Source: Octopus bimaculoides
Lineage: Eukaryota
Length of the DNA: 44,779 bases
Reading direction: 5' to 3'
Assembly (NCBI RefSeq): GCF_001194135.2
Contig: NC_068995.1
Span: 3,749,244 to 3,794,022 of the forward strand
Positions 1-11,852 of the stretch are shown here, piece after piece. Below the pieces are notes generated by a model. That model did no database searches, was not told the origin of the DNA, and saw only the letters and a list, made by a program, of their open reading frames with translations. The stretch's first letter is position 1. Each line of letters starts with the position of its first letter. The position numbers were made by a program, and so were the translations under genes.

Positions 1-63
<63 letters not shown>

Positions 64-355
64 TGGAATGAGATAGAGCGATAGAGAGAGTGGGTGGAGA
101 GATAGATTTTGAGTGGGTGGAGACATTGAAAGAGAGAGGGAAAGAGAGATAAAGAGAGATAGAGAAGGACGACAGAGTGAAAGAGTGAGAGAGAGAGGGG
201 AGAGAGAGAGGGGAGAGAAAGAGGGGAGAGAGAGAGCAAGAAAGAGGGAGATAAAGAAAGGAAGAAGGAGAAAAAAAATATATTTAGAGAGAGATAAAAA
301 GAGAGAGAATAGCAGAGTCAAACAGAAAGAGGGATAGCGTAAAAGAGAGGGCGTG

Positions 356-406
<51 letters not shown>

Positions 407-541
407 CAGAAATAGAGAGAGGGGAGAGGAGAGAGTGTGACACAGAGAGAGACTGAGATAGAGAGAAACTGAGAGAGAGAGAGAACGAAAGAGAGAGAGG
501 TATATATATATACATATATATAAAGAGGTATAGAGACAGAG

Positions 542-576
<35 letters not shown>
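1..576. repeat. (AG)n / GA-rich low-complexity tract ending in (TA)n
   Basis: Pure AG dinucleotide at 1-54, degenerate GA-rich sequence to about 500, (TA)n up to the gap at 577. Confidence 0.97.
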
Positions 577-1396
577 NNNNNNNNNNNNNNNNNNNNNNNN
601 NNNNNNNNNNNNNNNNNNNNNNNNNNNNNNNNNNNNNNNNNNNNNNNNNNNNNNNNNNNNNNNNNNNNNNNNNNNNNNNNNNNNNNNNNNNNNNNNNNNN
701 NNNNNNNNNNNNNNNNNNNNNNNNNNNNNNNNNNNNNNNNNNNNNNNNNNNNNNNNNNNNNNNNNNNNNNNNNNNNNNNNNNNNNNNNNNNNNNNNNNNN
801 NNNNNNNNNNNNNNNNNNNNNNNNNNNNNNNNNNNNNNNNNNNNNNNNNNNNNNNNNNNNNNNNNNNNNNNNNNNNNNNNNNNNNNNNNNNNNNNNNNNN
901 NNNNNNNNNNNNNNNNNNNNNNNNNNNNNNNNNNNNNNNNNNNNNNNNNNNNNNNNNNNNNNNNNNNNNNNNNNNNNNNNNNNNNNNNNNNNNNNNNNNN
1001 NNNNNNNNNNNNNNNNNNNNNNNNNNNNNNNNNNNNNNNNNNNNNNNNNNNNNNNNNNNNNNNNNNNNNNNNNNNNNNNNNNNNNNNNNNNNNNNNNNNN
1101 NNNNNNNNNNNNNNNNNNNNNNNNNNNNNNNNNNNNNNNNNNNNNNNNNNNNNNNNNNNNNNNNNNNNNNNNNNNNNNNNNNNNNNNNNNNNNNNNNNNN
1201 NNNNNNNNNNNNNNNNNNNNNNNNNNNNNNNNNNNNNNNNNNNNNNNNNNNNNNNNNNNNNNNNNNNNNNNNNNNNNNNNNNNNNNNNNNNNNNNNNNNN
1301 NNNNNNNNNNNNNNNNNNNNNNNNNNNNNNNNNNNNNNNNNNNNNNNNNNNNNNNNNNNNNNNNNNNNNNNNNNNNNNNNNNNNNNNNNNNNNNNN
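577..1396. other. Assembly gap (first of 13 N-runs)
   Basis: N-runs at 577-1396, 4522-4802, 6798-7218, 7924-8826, 18963-19230, 20069-20233, 23171-23583, 26601-26807, 30712-31215, 32140-32906, 38235-39094, 41612-41829, 43326-43829; most are bordered by (TA)n or (CA)n. Confidence 0.99.
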
Positions 1397-1470
1397 GGGG
1401 TTCATTTTATCGACTTACCCATCCTTAGAAATTGCTGGCCTTGTGTGAAAATTTGAAACCAATTTTAATT
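1397..1470 (+). mobile_element. SINE family B, 3' fragment
   Basis: atcgacttaccc...aaattgctggccttgtgtgaaaatttgaaacc matches the 3' ends of the B copies at 12515 (plus) and 17471 (minus). Confidence 0.75.
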
Positions 1471-1780
1471 TAGTAATTAAACAAAGCTGTATAAATGTTT
1501 ATACAGACATGTGCCAAAAGAAATATATATACATGTGTGTGGAGTGGTGTGGTGTGTATGTGTGTGTGCGTGTGAGAGAGAGAGAGAGAGAGAAAGTAAT
1601 TTATTGTAAATTATTCATTATATAGATATTTATCGCATTATTCGATCATGGAGGCTTTCTATTTTAATAGTGAGAAGTTACCATTTTTGTGCGAATTTTG
1701 ATTAAATTTTCGTATAATTATTTTTTCCTGTTACTTCATTTCCATATTGTCTTAGATATGTAAGCGCACATGCACCAGTG

Positions 1781-1866
1781 GGAGCGCGTGGTTGGTGCAT
1801 TCGGCTCAGGATCGTAAGGTCATGAGTTCGTTTCACGACAGCGCGTTGTCACCTTGAGCAAGACTT
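1781..1866 (+). mobile_element. tRNA-derived SINE head with CORE-like start, truncated
   Basis: ggagcgcgtggttgg (A-box-like), gagttcgtttc (B-box-like), then gtcaccttgagcaagac resembling the CORE-SINE start gtgaccttgggcaagt. Confidence 0.6.
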
Positions 1867-2081
1867 ACCTCAGGCGTTTACCCTATACTTTTGTAGAATA
1901 CAAGATTATTCTTAAAGAAGAATATTGTTGACAGTGACTTCGAAGATTTGGTCAGTTAAGCCTTTGTCGGCAGTCTGACTGACGATTGTTTAAATGGCTG
2001 AAACTTCGAAGTTACTCTCAAAAATATTCATGCTTAAAGATACACACACACACATGTATGTATGTATGTATGTATGTATTA

Positions 2082-2438
2082 GCCCTTGTCCGCCGATTTT
2101 ATGACGAAGTAATCTCGTCGACGGACGTTGCGAAGAGCTGGGATTCCTGTCCGCAAGATGTTGAGACATCAGGATCATTTTCCAAAGTGAAAACGGTTTA
2201 CTGCATTCTTGCACCCTTTTACAAACAAGTCTCAGCTGAACTGGCTTAATGGGGGGAGGGGGGGGGTCCAGTTGAATGGATGGCGACTCAGCTCCGAAAT
2301 TTAGTCCCAATTGTCGTGTGGTTGCACGGACCATTGAAAGAAGGTACACAATTGTTTGACGTCCATGCGGATCCGGAAATCGACGAAGTGAATTATGAGA
2401 AGTACGAAGTAATAGTACCCTACCGAAGAGCGTGCGTT
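2082..2438 (-). mobile_element. Decayed Penelope-like element (PLE) coding fragment, region just N-terminal to the RT domain
   Basis: Manual minus-strand translation across frameshifts and stops gives FVDFRIRMDVKQ / FNWTPPS / DLFVKGCKNAVNRFHF / ALRNVRRRDYFVIKSADKG. This follows the motif order of PLE proteins (...WTPP...LDLFI...ALRxL...DIVIKPADKG). Confidence 0.8.
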
Positions 2439-3564
2439 ATACATACATACATACATACATACATACATACATAAACACACATGAAAAATAAGAATGGACA
2501 ACCGCTGTTAACTACAACACATTTCGTCAAATTATGTGTGAAATTACGTAACGGTATAGGAATAATCTGCCGCTTTATCAGTACATCACCGCTTATTATC
2601 CAATCAATTTTTGCATTGTGTATGGAACCTTACGAGAGAAAAATAAATAACTACATCCCGATGCTGTAGATGTGGAAGGAATGCCAGAAGACAATTTTCT
2701 CTGACATTCTAACGATTCCACGAACACAATACCCAAATGTGTTTCATCAGACATTTACTTCATCAGAGCTGGCATTGGAATAAACAACAAAAACAACAAC
2801 AACTGTAAGACCAACAGCAATGATAATGATGTCTGTAGCAGCTGCCATCTTGTGTATGTAACTGAAGTTACAAAAAAGGATTCTTGTTCTTTCGTTTAGC
2901 TGACGAAGCTCTATTTTTACCATTTAAAACTACGGTTACACTTTCTCTTTGTGTGTGAAAAGTCAGACTTTGTGACAATTTGATTGATATCTTCTGCAAA
3001 AGAATGATTTTTATCTATTTCTGTGAATGACCCAAAAATAACCTGATATCTAATTGATATAATGTAATATATCGATGTTTAGTTGCCGCGCAAAAATATA
3101 AAATACAATTCAATAGAATACAATAAAATAAAACATGGACGTTTCTTTCATTCGAAACATGGCTTTCAGAGAGATACGAGTCCGAGATTTTATCTGTCAC
3201 TAAAAGACCGGAACATCTGATTTTTTTTTTTATATATATAACTATCAAATCGAATCGATGTTTGCTATCGAATTACACATCTTTAATAGTTTTATTAATA
3301 TAACATACTAAAATACTTGATTGATTTATTACCGGGCTGGCCACCATTTTGTCTCATCTCCATTTCTACACATTTTCACCGTTTAGACCTCGGTTAAGTT
3401 TCCTGTTTTTTCACATTCACCCTTTTCCGACTTGATTCTCGTGAGTTTTCTGTTCGGTACCGTTTTACTTCAGTAGACTTTCCAACGTAACTTCTACTGT
3501 TACGGCGTGGACTATACTCGTGTGCATGGATGTGGATTGATGAGTCTATATTGGTGTATTCGCT

Positions 3565-3600
3565 TGAGATAGAAAGAGATAGAGAGAAAAGAGAGAGAGA

Positions 3601-3631
<31 letters not shown>

Positions 3632-3967
3632 GAGGAGAGGAAGTGAAAGACAGGGGAACATACAAAAGAGGGACATACTGCGGAAGAGGCGGAGAAGGCA
3701 GGCAAAGATATATAGAAGAACAAGAGTGAGATTCAGAGAGAAAGAAGAGAGAGAGAAAGAAGAGGTATTACGGAGACATTGTGTGTGCGTATGTCAGGCA
3801 AAGACAAAGTGATACACACAGAAATGGTGTTGAAAACATAGAATGTACGTAAAAGGTATATGCACACATATACTTACATACATAGGGACATACATACATA
3901 CACAAATACATACATACATACATACATACATACATACATACAAAACAATAGAGAGTGAGTGAGATAT

Positions 3968-4020
<53 letters not shown>

Positions 4021-4135
4021 AGCTAGTTAGACAAATAAAATAGATATAGATAGATAAGATATAGACAGATAAATGCAGAGTGATAGAGAGATATAGAGAG
4101 ATAGAGATAGATGGAGAGAGATAGATATAGTGATA
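3565..4135. repeat. Compound (GA)n, (CATA)n and (GATA)-like low-complexity tract
   Basis: Direct inspection. Confidence 0.9.
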
Positions 4136-4139
4136 TAGA

Positions 4140-4476
4140 CGTTACTGACGCTAGAAAACCGGAAGTAAATATTTAAAAAAATTTCAAAGACGTGATCTAA
4201 TATAAAAAGCAATTTTTGTTTTATGACCAATGGATGTAAGAGTGACAATCAATTTCTGAAAGTTACTTCGTAAAGTGTTATCTCCCTTTTCCACGTAACC
4301 CAAGTGTTTTTTTGCCGCCAGGGGGCCCGTTACTCATTATGCGAAAAATTTTAAGAGTCTAAAATCACCTCTGGAACGCAAGTAATGTATATCCCTAGTT
4401 TGGAGAAGATCAGTTGAAAAATATGGCCGTAATAATCTTTTACACCCACAGACAGAATGGGATTTATATTATAGAT
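4140..4476 (+). mobile_element. Possible non-autonomous Helitron/Helentron-like (DINE-1/HINE-type) relic
   Basis: 3' part ctagtttggagaagatcagttgaaaaatatggcc...acagacaga...tttatattatagat resembles the recalled 3' architecture of invertebrate HINE-type elements; no diagnostic hairpin confirmed. Confidence 0.35.
4314..4328 (+). promoter_or_regulatory. CTCF-like motif
   Basis: gccgccagggggccc closely matches the CTCF core CCRCCAGGGGGCGC; a GC-rich island in AT-rich context. Confidence 0.4.
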
Positions 4477-4489
4477 ATGTATTTGTATA

Positions 4490-4521
<32 letters not shown>

Positions 4522-5259
4522 NNNNNNNNNNNNNNNNNNNNNNNNNNNNNNNNNNNNNNNNNNNNNNNNNNNNNNNNNNNNNNNNNNNNNNNNNNNNNNN
4601 NNNNNNNNNNNNNNNNNNNNNNNNNNNNNNNNNNNNNNNNNNNNNNNNNNNNNNNNNNNNNNNNNNNNNNNNNNNNNNNNNNNNNNNNNNNNNNNNNNNN
4701 NNNNNNNNNNNNNNNNNNNNNNNNNNNNNNNNNNNNNNNNNNNNNNNNNNNNNNNNNNNNNNNNNNNNNNNNNNNNNNNNNNNNNNNNNNNNNNNNNNNN
4801 NNAGAGTGTGTAGGTGGGTGGGGGATAGAAAATGCTTTTAATTTTTACTCTAAAAAAACAAGTGATTTGTATCTTTTTTTTTTTTTTGTTCAAATCCTGT
4901 GTGATCCTCACGGATATATTTCAGCAAGCAACGTGTTTCCTTTTCAACGTATGAATATCTGATACATTGTCATAAGTTCAGCTTTCCCTTTCTGAACGCA
5001 GAGTATAAAGTTACAAAGTTCATTTGATGCAGAGTAAAGTTACTTCAGCACCAAAAACAAAAAATAACAGCCATATACACAAAAACCTGCACAAAATAGC
5101 ACTTGTCAATTAGATTTCAGAAGTACGCGTATATTTCTGCTTTGCTTGAGATGTCGCTGAATACAATCTATAGAAATGTATTGAATACTGAGTCGATGTT
5201 TTTGCTGTCTTGCCACTCAAACTAACCGATTGGTATTTCCCAAATAAAAGCAAATGAAT

Positions 5260-5313
5260 GCATGCATATATGCATAGATACATACGCACACATACCCACA
5301 CATATACACAGAC

Positions 5314-5367
<54 letters not shown>

Positions 5368-5860
5368 GGATATATATGTGCGAAAGTAGATATACATGTC
5401 AATAAAAACATATATATATATATTTATATATACTTAGATACATGTAAGTACACGAACACATGTACATGAATATACATACGTATACACACACATATACAAA
5501 TATATATGCAAATATATGCATACATACATATATACGTACACACATTCATATATATATATATATGCGTATATGTGTGTTTACATGTATGTATGCACACATA
5601 CACATATATATATGCATATATGTGTGTGTGTGTGTGGATGTGTGTGTATTCGTGTATATATGTGTATATAATTATCTACACAACCATTTATTTATATATG
5701 TGCGTTTGGATGCGGGAGTGTAGACATGTATGTACACATACACACACATACTCACCCACACATCCATACAGTTATTCCTGCCCTTCCCCCCACACACTAA
5801 TACTATTCACATATGCATAGAAGTGCATATATGTATACACAGTCACGTGTCTGATCGAGT
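5260..5860. repeat. (TA)n / (CA)n / (TG)n degenerate microsatellite field
   Basis: Direct inspection. Confidence 0.92.
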
Positions 5861-6601
5861 CAATGCATATATAATTATGAAGAAGTTATAATTCCAGTGT
5901 TTCTTTGTTTTTTCTGCATTTGTCGATGTATCATTTCCACAAACAGAGTCTCAGAATATCCAATAATGAAAGAATGCATTTTATGATGGGAAAATGTGCA
6001 CATTCTAAACCGATTCTATAGCAGTTAGAGGAGATGAAAGACAATAACATTAAACAGACAACAACTGCAACAACAACTACAACAACAACAACAAAAACAC
6101 CAACAGCAACTGCAGTAGCAGTAGCAGCAACAGCCTAACACACAGGTAATGCCTTAAAATACAGGTAATGCCGAAGTTCTGTTTGTTAATGGGAAAATAA
6201 TTAGAAAAGAATCAATCACGGTATAGTTGCAGCTTTGTCTATCATCTTTGATTTCTAGGATAAGCACACGTCCACCGAATGTACGTGTATGACCTGTTTA
6301 GCGTGTTCTCTAATGATTTATCGTTAGCTTATCAATGTTCAACAGTTACATTAACGCATTTACACAACTTCACTTGCTCACTCGCTCGCTTCATAATTTT
6401 CACAGCAGTCGCCATATTGTTAATAATTTTTTTTTCACATACCGTTCATTAATGTCATCTATCTTACTAATCGCTTAATTGACATTTTCAATATTGCAGA
6501 CTAAATTCGTTTTCAATATTCTTCGTCAATCATCAAATTTTAATCAAATTGTTTCATCTAATTGTCAAAATTTAATATGTTTTAAAAATCTTTTATCGTT
6601 T

Positions 6602-6726
6602 GCTTGTTTCAGTCATTAGAGTGCGGCCATGCTGTAAGATGAATTTTTAGCCAAATGAATTGATCCAAGTATTTAGTCTGTGTTAAACCGTGTTCTTATC
6701 CTATAGGAACCGCTAAGTTACTTGCG
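6602..6726 (-). mobile_element. SINE family A, 3' half
   Basis: cttgtttcagtcatt...tgcggccatgctg...gaaccgctaagttac is the reverse complement of the A 3' arm (compare 43867-44056). Confidence 0.8.
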
Positions 6727-7218
6727 ATATTCTGCTAGCTATGAGACATATGTAGCCCGGATTTTATCTACTCCGTTCCCTAATATATATATATATANNN
6801 NNNNNNNNNNNNNNNNNNNNNNNNNNNNNNNNNNNNNNNNNNNNNNNNNNNNNNNNNNNNNNNNNNNNNNNNNNNNNNNNNNNNNNNNNNNNNNNNNNNN
6901 NNNNNNNNNNNNNNNNNNNNNNNNNNNNNNNNNNNNNNNNNNNNNNNNNNNNNNNNNNNNNNNNNNNNNNNNNNNNNNNNNNNNNNNNNNNNNNNNNNNN
7001 NNNNNNNNNNNNNNNNNNNNNNNNNNNNNNNNNNNNNNNNNNNNNNNNNNNNNNNNNNNNNNNNNNNNNNNNNNNNNNNNNNNNNNNNNNNNNNNNNNNN
7101 NNNNNNNNNNNNNNNNNNNNNNNNNNNNNNNNNNNNNNNNNNNNNNNNNNNNNNNNNNNNNNNNNNNNNNNNNNNNNNNNNNNNNNNNNNNNNNNNNNNN
7201 NNNNNNNNNNNNNNNNNN

Positions 7219-7251
<33 letters not shown>

Positions 7252-7534
7252 TATGTGAGTGTGTGTGTGTATGTATTAGTGTAAGATAAATGTTTGGCTC
7301 ATCGACGATAACATAAGAGTGAAGAGAGAAAGAGAGAGGGAGGAGAAGGAGTGAGTATGAGAGAGTATGAGCGATGAGTGTGAACGAGAGAGAGAGTGTG
7401 TGATATTAACCGCAACGTGTGGAGTTAAGGATAATGGAGGGCCGAAAGTTAGTATGTAATCTGAAAATGGGTGCTTAGCAGAGAAGAGTGAGTTGGATTG
7501 TAGGTGTCGAAAATTAGAGACCGAAAAGCTGAAA

Positions 7535-7600
7535 TGTCGGGCATGCGCAGCAAGAACAGTGATAGCCGTCGGAGTCGTCTGTATATAAGTGTTTGCACCC
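7535..7600 (+). promoter_or_regulatory. Candidate core promoter (NRF1-like GCATGCGCA plus TATATAAG)
   Basis: gcatgcgca at 7541-7549 and tatataag at 7582-7589 in locally CpG-richer unique sequence; no downstream exon confirmed. Confidence 0.2.
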
Positions 7601-8835
7601 GCGTGCGTGTGTGTATGAGTATGGAGTCCCTACAACGTCTGCTTGTGTATGTGTATGGAGCAGAAGTGGGAGGTGTGCATTAAAGGAAATTTTGCACAGG
7701 ATGTTATATCAGCATATTGATATTTTGGGTCTTCAGAGCTAATTCAAAGTGGATCGGAGGAAGATTTGATCTCGAAGTAATTGTCGGGAGACAACCTAAC
7801 GAATCATTTATGAAAAACGTCTTTTTTCGAAACAAAACGAAAAAAAAAAAAACCCCAAACTAAATACTTTTATTGTCGATGTTGAGATATATGACACTTA
7901 TATGTATATATATATATATATATNNNNNNNNNNNNNNNNNNNNNNNNNNNNNNNNNNNNNNNNNNNNNNNNNNNNNNNNNNNNNNNNNNNNNNNNNNNNN
8001 NNNNNNNNNNNNNNNNNNNNNNNNNNNNNNNNNNNNNNNNNNNNNNNNNNNNNNNNNNNNNNNNNNNNNNNNNNNNNNNNNNNNNNNNNNNNNNNNNNNN
8101 NNNNNNNNNNNNNNNNNNNNNNNNNNNNNNNNNNNNNNNNNNNNNNNNNNNNNNNNNNNNNNNNNNNNNNNNNNNNNNNNNNNNNNNNNNNNNNNNNNNN
8201 NNNNNNNNNNNNNNNNNNNNNNNNNNNNNNNNNNNNNNNNNNNNNNNNNNNNNNNNNNNNNNNNNNNNNNNNNNNNNNNNNNNNNNNNNNNNNNNNNNNN
8301 NNNNNNNNNNNNNNNNNNNNNNNNNNNNNNNNNNNNNNNNNNNNNNNNNNNNNNNNNNNNNNNNNNNNNNNNNNNNNNNNNNNNNNNNNNNNNNNNNNNN
8401 NNNNNNNNNNNNNNNNNNNNNNNNNNNNNNNNNNNNNNNNNNNNNNNNNNNNNNNNNNNNNNNNNNNNNNNNNNNNNNNNNNNNNNNNNNNNNNNNNNNN
8501 NNNNNNNNNNNNNNNNNNNNNNNNNNNNNNNNNNNNNNNNNNNNNNNNNNNNNNNNNNNNNNNNNNNNNNNNNNNNNNNNNNNNNNNNNNNNNNNNNNNN
8601 NNNNNNNNNNNNNNNNNNNNNNNNNNNNNNNNNNNNNNNNNNNNNNNNNNNNNNNNNNNNNNNNNNNNNNNNNNNNNNNNNNNNNNNNNNNNNNNNNNNN
8701 NNNNNNNNNNNNNNNNNNNNNNNNNNNNNNNNNNNNNNNNNNNNNNNNNNNNNNNNNNNNNNNNNNNNNNNNNNNNNNNNNNNNNNNNNNNNNNNNNNNN
8801 NNNNNNNNNNNNNNNNNNNNNNNNNNCTCCTCCTC

Positions 8836-8874
<39 letters not shown>

Positions 8875-9027
8875 GTGTGTGTGCATATGCAGGTGCGTGT
8901 GTGCTAGTGTTTGACAGCCGGTGATGATTTGTTTACGTTCTTCATTGAAATTCAGTCCTTCCGCAAAAATCCTCCTCCGATAGAATAAATATGTTACCTG
9001 ACTAGAAAATAAAAAGCTCCTGTAACA

Positions 9028-9102
9028 AGATCTGTTCGCCTAAACCCCACAAAGCGGGTGCTCCAGCATGGCCGCAGTCCTGCGACCTAAACAAGCAAAA
9101 GA
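9028..9102 (+). mobile_element. SINE family A, 3' end
   Basis: ggtgctccagcatggccgcagtc...aaacaagcaaaaga matches the A terminus. Confidence 0.8.
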
Positions 9103-9573
9103 GTAATTTGATTGACGAAAAGCGAATGAATGGTAAATCAAAATAGTTTATAGAATTTCTATGAAAAGGCGAGCGTGACAAACATCCACGCAATATTATT
9201 GTAGGTATAGATGAGAATGGAAATCAATCATACTTATGAATTATCGATTAAATTAGTTCGTTCTTCATTCGATCGGACTAAATATTAGCTTTGTTTATTA
9301 ACCGGAAATGTACAGACACGCATATCATACACGATGTCACTATTTTAAATATGTCGTTCTCTCATTCTGTTCTTAATTATATCGTGCATAATTTTTCGGA
9401 ACGTCAATTATTTTCATTTGCTGAGGAATTTACAGTGATTTCGAGTCTGTAAATAGAAATTTAGGTTAAGAGATGTTCGTTTCGCGCACTTCTTCAGTGA
9501 TTTTTGAATACACTCGTGCCTTTCCTAATTGCACCCTCCCGTTATAAACCAATGGTAACAGGATAAACTACTG

Positions 9574-9574
9574 C

Positions 9575-9655
<81 letters not shown>
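9574..9655. repeat. (ATT)n microsatellite
   Basis: Perfect trinucleotide run. Confidence 0.97.
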
Positions 9656-9699
9656 CAAGGCCTTGTGCCTAGAGTAAAAAGGATTATCCTCACTATTGA

Positions 9700-9805
9700 A
9701 GGCGGCGAGCTGGCAGAGACGTTAGCACGCTTAGAGGTATTTCGCCTGTCTTTATTTTCTGAGTTCAAATTCCGCCGAGGTTGACTTTGCCTTTCATCCT
9801 TTCGT
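9700..9805 (+). mobile_element. SINE family B, 5' part
   Basis: aaggcggcgagctggcagag...gagttcaaattccgccgaggttgactttgcctttcatcctttcg: Pol III-like head plus V-domain-like gcctttcatcc segment. Confidence 0.85.
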
Positions 9806-10081
9806 CCTTACAGTTCCAGGCGGGACAAGCTACCACTGAAATGGCAAATGTGTATTAACAATATGGGTGCATACTTTGATGAATAAAACTATTTCTTGTA
9901 TTTATAAAACATTAGCAAACTTTTTTTCTTTCCTACAAATTTCATACTTGACGACCTAATATCACTCGTACTGAAAATGTACCAAAGATTGTTTTTAAAA
10001 GCCGAAGCTTCTTGTATTGTAACACCTACTTTCACGGTATAGATTGTTCAAAAGATTAAAATAGGAAAACAATATACAAGG

Positions 10082-10115
<34 letters not shown>

Positions 10116-10279
10116 CATAGAAAATAATTTGTCAACAATACACTGAAATTTGATTGGTTGCTGAAACAAGATCCGTTAAAAGTATAACGCTTTCCACTAT
10201 TAATTGTTACGTGCAAGATATGTCATGTTTTTTATCTCGTCACGTCTGACAATAAATTATATTTTCTCGTCTTTACTAT

Positions 10280-10510
10280 GAGGTTGTGTGGTAAGAAGCT
10301 TGCTTCCTACCCAGATGTTTCCGGGTTCGGTCCCACTGTGTGACACATTGGGCAAGTGCCTCCTACTATAGAGTGAGTTTGGTAGACGGAAACTGGAAGA
10401 AGCCCGTGGTATATATATATATGTTTGTGTGTGTGTGTGTATGTCTGAATGTACCCCATCACCGCTTGACAACTGTTGGATTGTCTACGACTCCGTAAAC
10501 TAACTGTTTA
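10280..10510 (+). mobile_element. SINE family A with internal (TA)/(TG) microsatellite
   Basis: tgtgtggtaagaagcttgc...gggttcggtcccactg...ttgggcaagtg...ggtagacggaaactg...(TA)(TG)n...cgcttgacaac. Confidence 0.88.
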
Positions 10511-10535
10511 GAATATGTACCAAATGTTAAAATAA

Positions 10536-10589
<54 letters not shown>

Positions 10590-10769
10590 TGAGGGAGAGA
10601 AAGGAGGGAAAGAGGAAGATTGAAAAAGAAAGAAGAGCAGATAAGGAGGATATGATGGAAAGAGAAAACCAGAGAGTATGGAAGGAAAAAAGGTCACTGT
10701 AAGTGAGTGAGAAGCTATATATAGATGAATATATGTGTACGTATGTACGCATGTATGTATGACTGTGTA

Positions 10770-10860
10770 GGCGTGGGCATGGCTCTGTTGTGTGGTCAAA
10801 AAGCTCGCTTTGAATCCGTAAAGTATCGAGTTCAGTTTAATTACGCTGCACCTTGAATAT
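10770..10860 (+). mobile_element. Highly decayed SINE family A head
   Basis: ggcgtggg...tgtgtggtcaaaagctcgct...gagttcagt...caccttgaa keeps the head motif order. Confidence 0.45.
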
Positions 10861-11418
10861 ATCTGCACTTCAACAGATTCGAGTCGATTAATTTTGATGT
10901 TTTGACCAGAAATGATTGATTTGCATTCAGACGGTTTTTGTGTCACACTTTTAAAGATTGTTTTGTTTACTTTAACCAAATAAAGATGACAATTAAATTT
11001 TTACCGAAATTAATGTTAATTTTACTTAATTAAATATTCTTCTTTTGCATAACAAAACAAAACAAAACAAATTATAATGAAAATGGAATAACTTTTAATT
11101 ACGGCTGAATTTAATTCCCGCTGATCATCTCGATACGGCAGTGAGAAGGCATTTTCTTAATGATCAATAAACCAATGAAAAGAATATGATAATTGTCATC
11201 AACTGGATGTCGTCTTAATTAAAAATGAGATTTACAAAAGAATACAAAAAACAAAACTACTCGGAAGTACAGTAATTCAAAACTAAAGTTTCCGGTTCCG
11301 TTAAGCTATTTCCTATCAATGAACTCGCTTATTATTTTCGTACTTTAAAAGGTGTGACAAAGTTGGACAAACGTTGTTAATGAACACAGGTCAAGAATTC
11401 AGAAAATAATGACGTCTA

Positions 11419-11717
11419 GGCGCAGGAGGCGTGGCTGTGTGGGAAGTAGATTGCTTCCCAGCCACATGGTTCCGGGTTCAGTCCGACAGCGTGGGGCCTT
11501 GGGCAAATATCATCTACCATAGCCTCGGGCCGATCAAAGCTTTGTAAGTGGATTTGGTTAATGTGTGTGTGTGTGTGTGTGTGTATGTGTGTGTGTGCGT
11601 GCACGCGCATATGTATGTGTTTCTGTGTTTCTTACCATCTCTTGATAATCAGTGTTGGTGTATTTACGTCTCCGTAACTTAGTGGTTCGGCAAAAGATAC
11701 TGATAGCATAAGTACCA
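11419..11717 (+). mobile_element. SINE family A, 3'-truncated
   Basis: Full head ggcgcagg...tggctgtgtgg...gggttcagtcc...ccttgggcaa, (TG)n core, then cgtaacttagtggttcggcaaaaga. Confidence 0.9.
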
Positions 11718-11852
11718 CTCACAAGGCTTCAGTCAGCCCGAAGTTATAGTAGAAGACACTTGCCCAAAGTGCCACGCAGTGGGACTGAACTCGGACCCAT
11801 GTATTTGGGTGGCAAACGTCTTACCACACACGCACAGAACCACGTCTGCGCC
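11718..11852 (-). mobile_element. SINE family A head, inverted and abutting the previous copy
   Basis: ctcacaaggct...tagtagaagacacttgcccaa...gtgggactgaac...tctgcgcc is the reverse complement of the head. Confidence 0.9.

Noticed and set aside
2735-2775. Minus-strand CUGAUGAAG...CUGAUGAAAC resembling a hammerhead
   Set aside because: No stem II or stem I pairing could be drawn.
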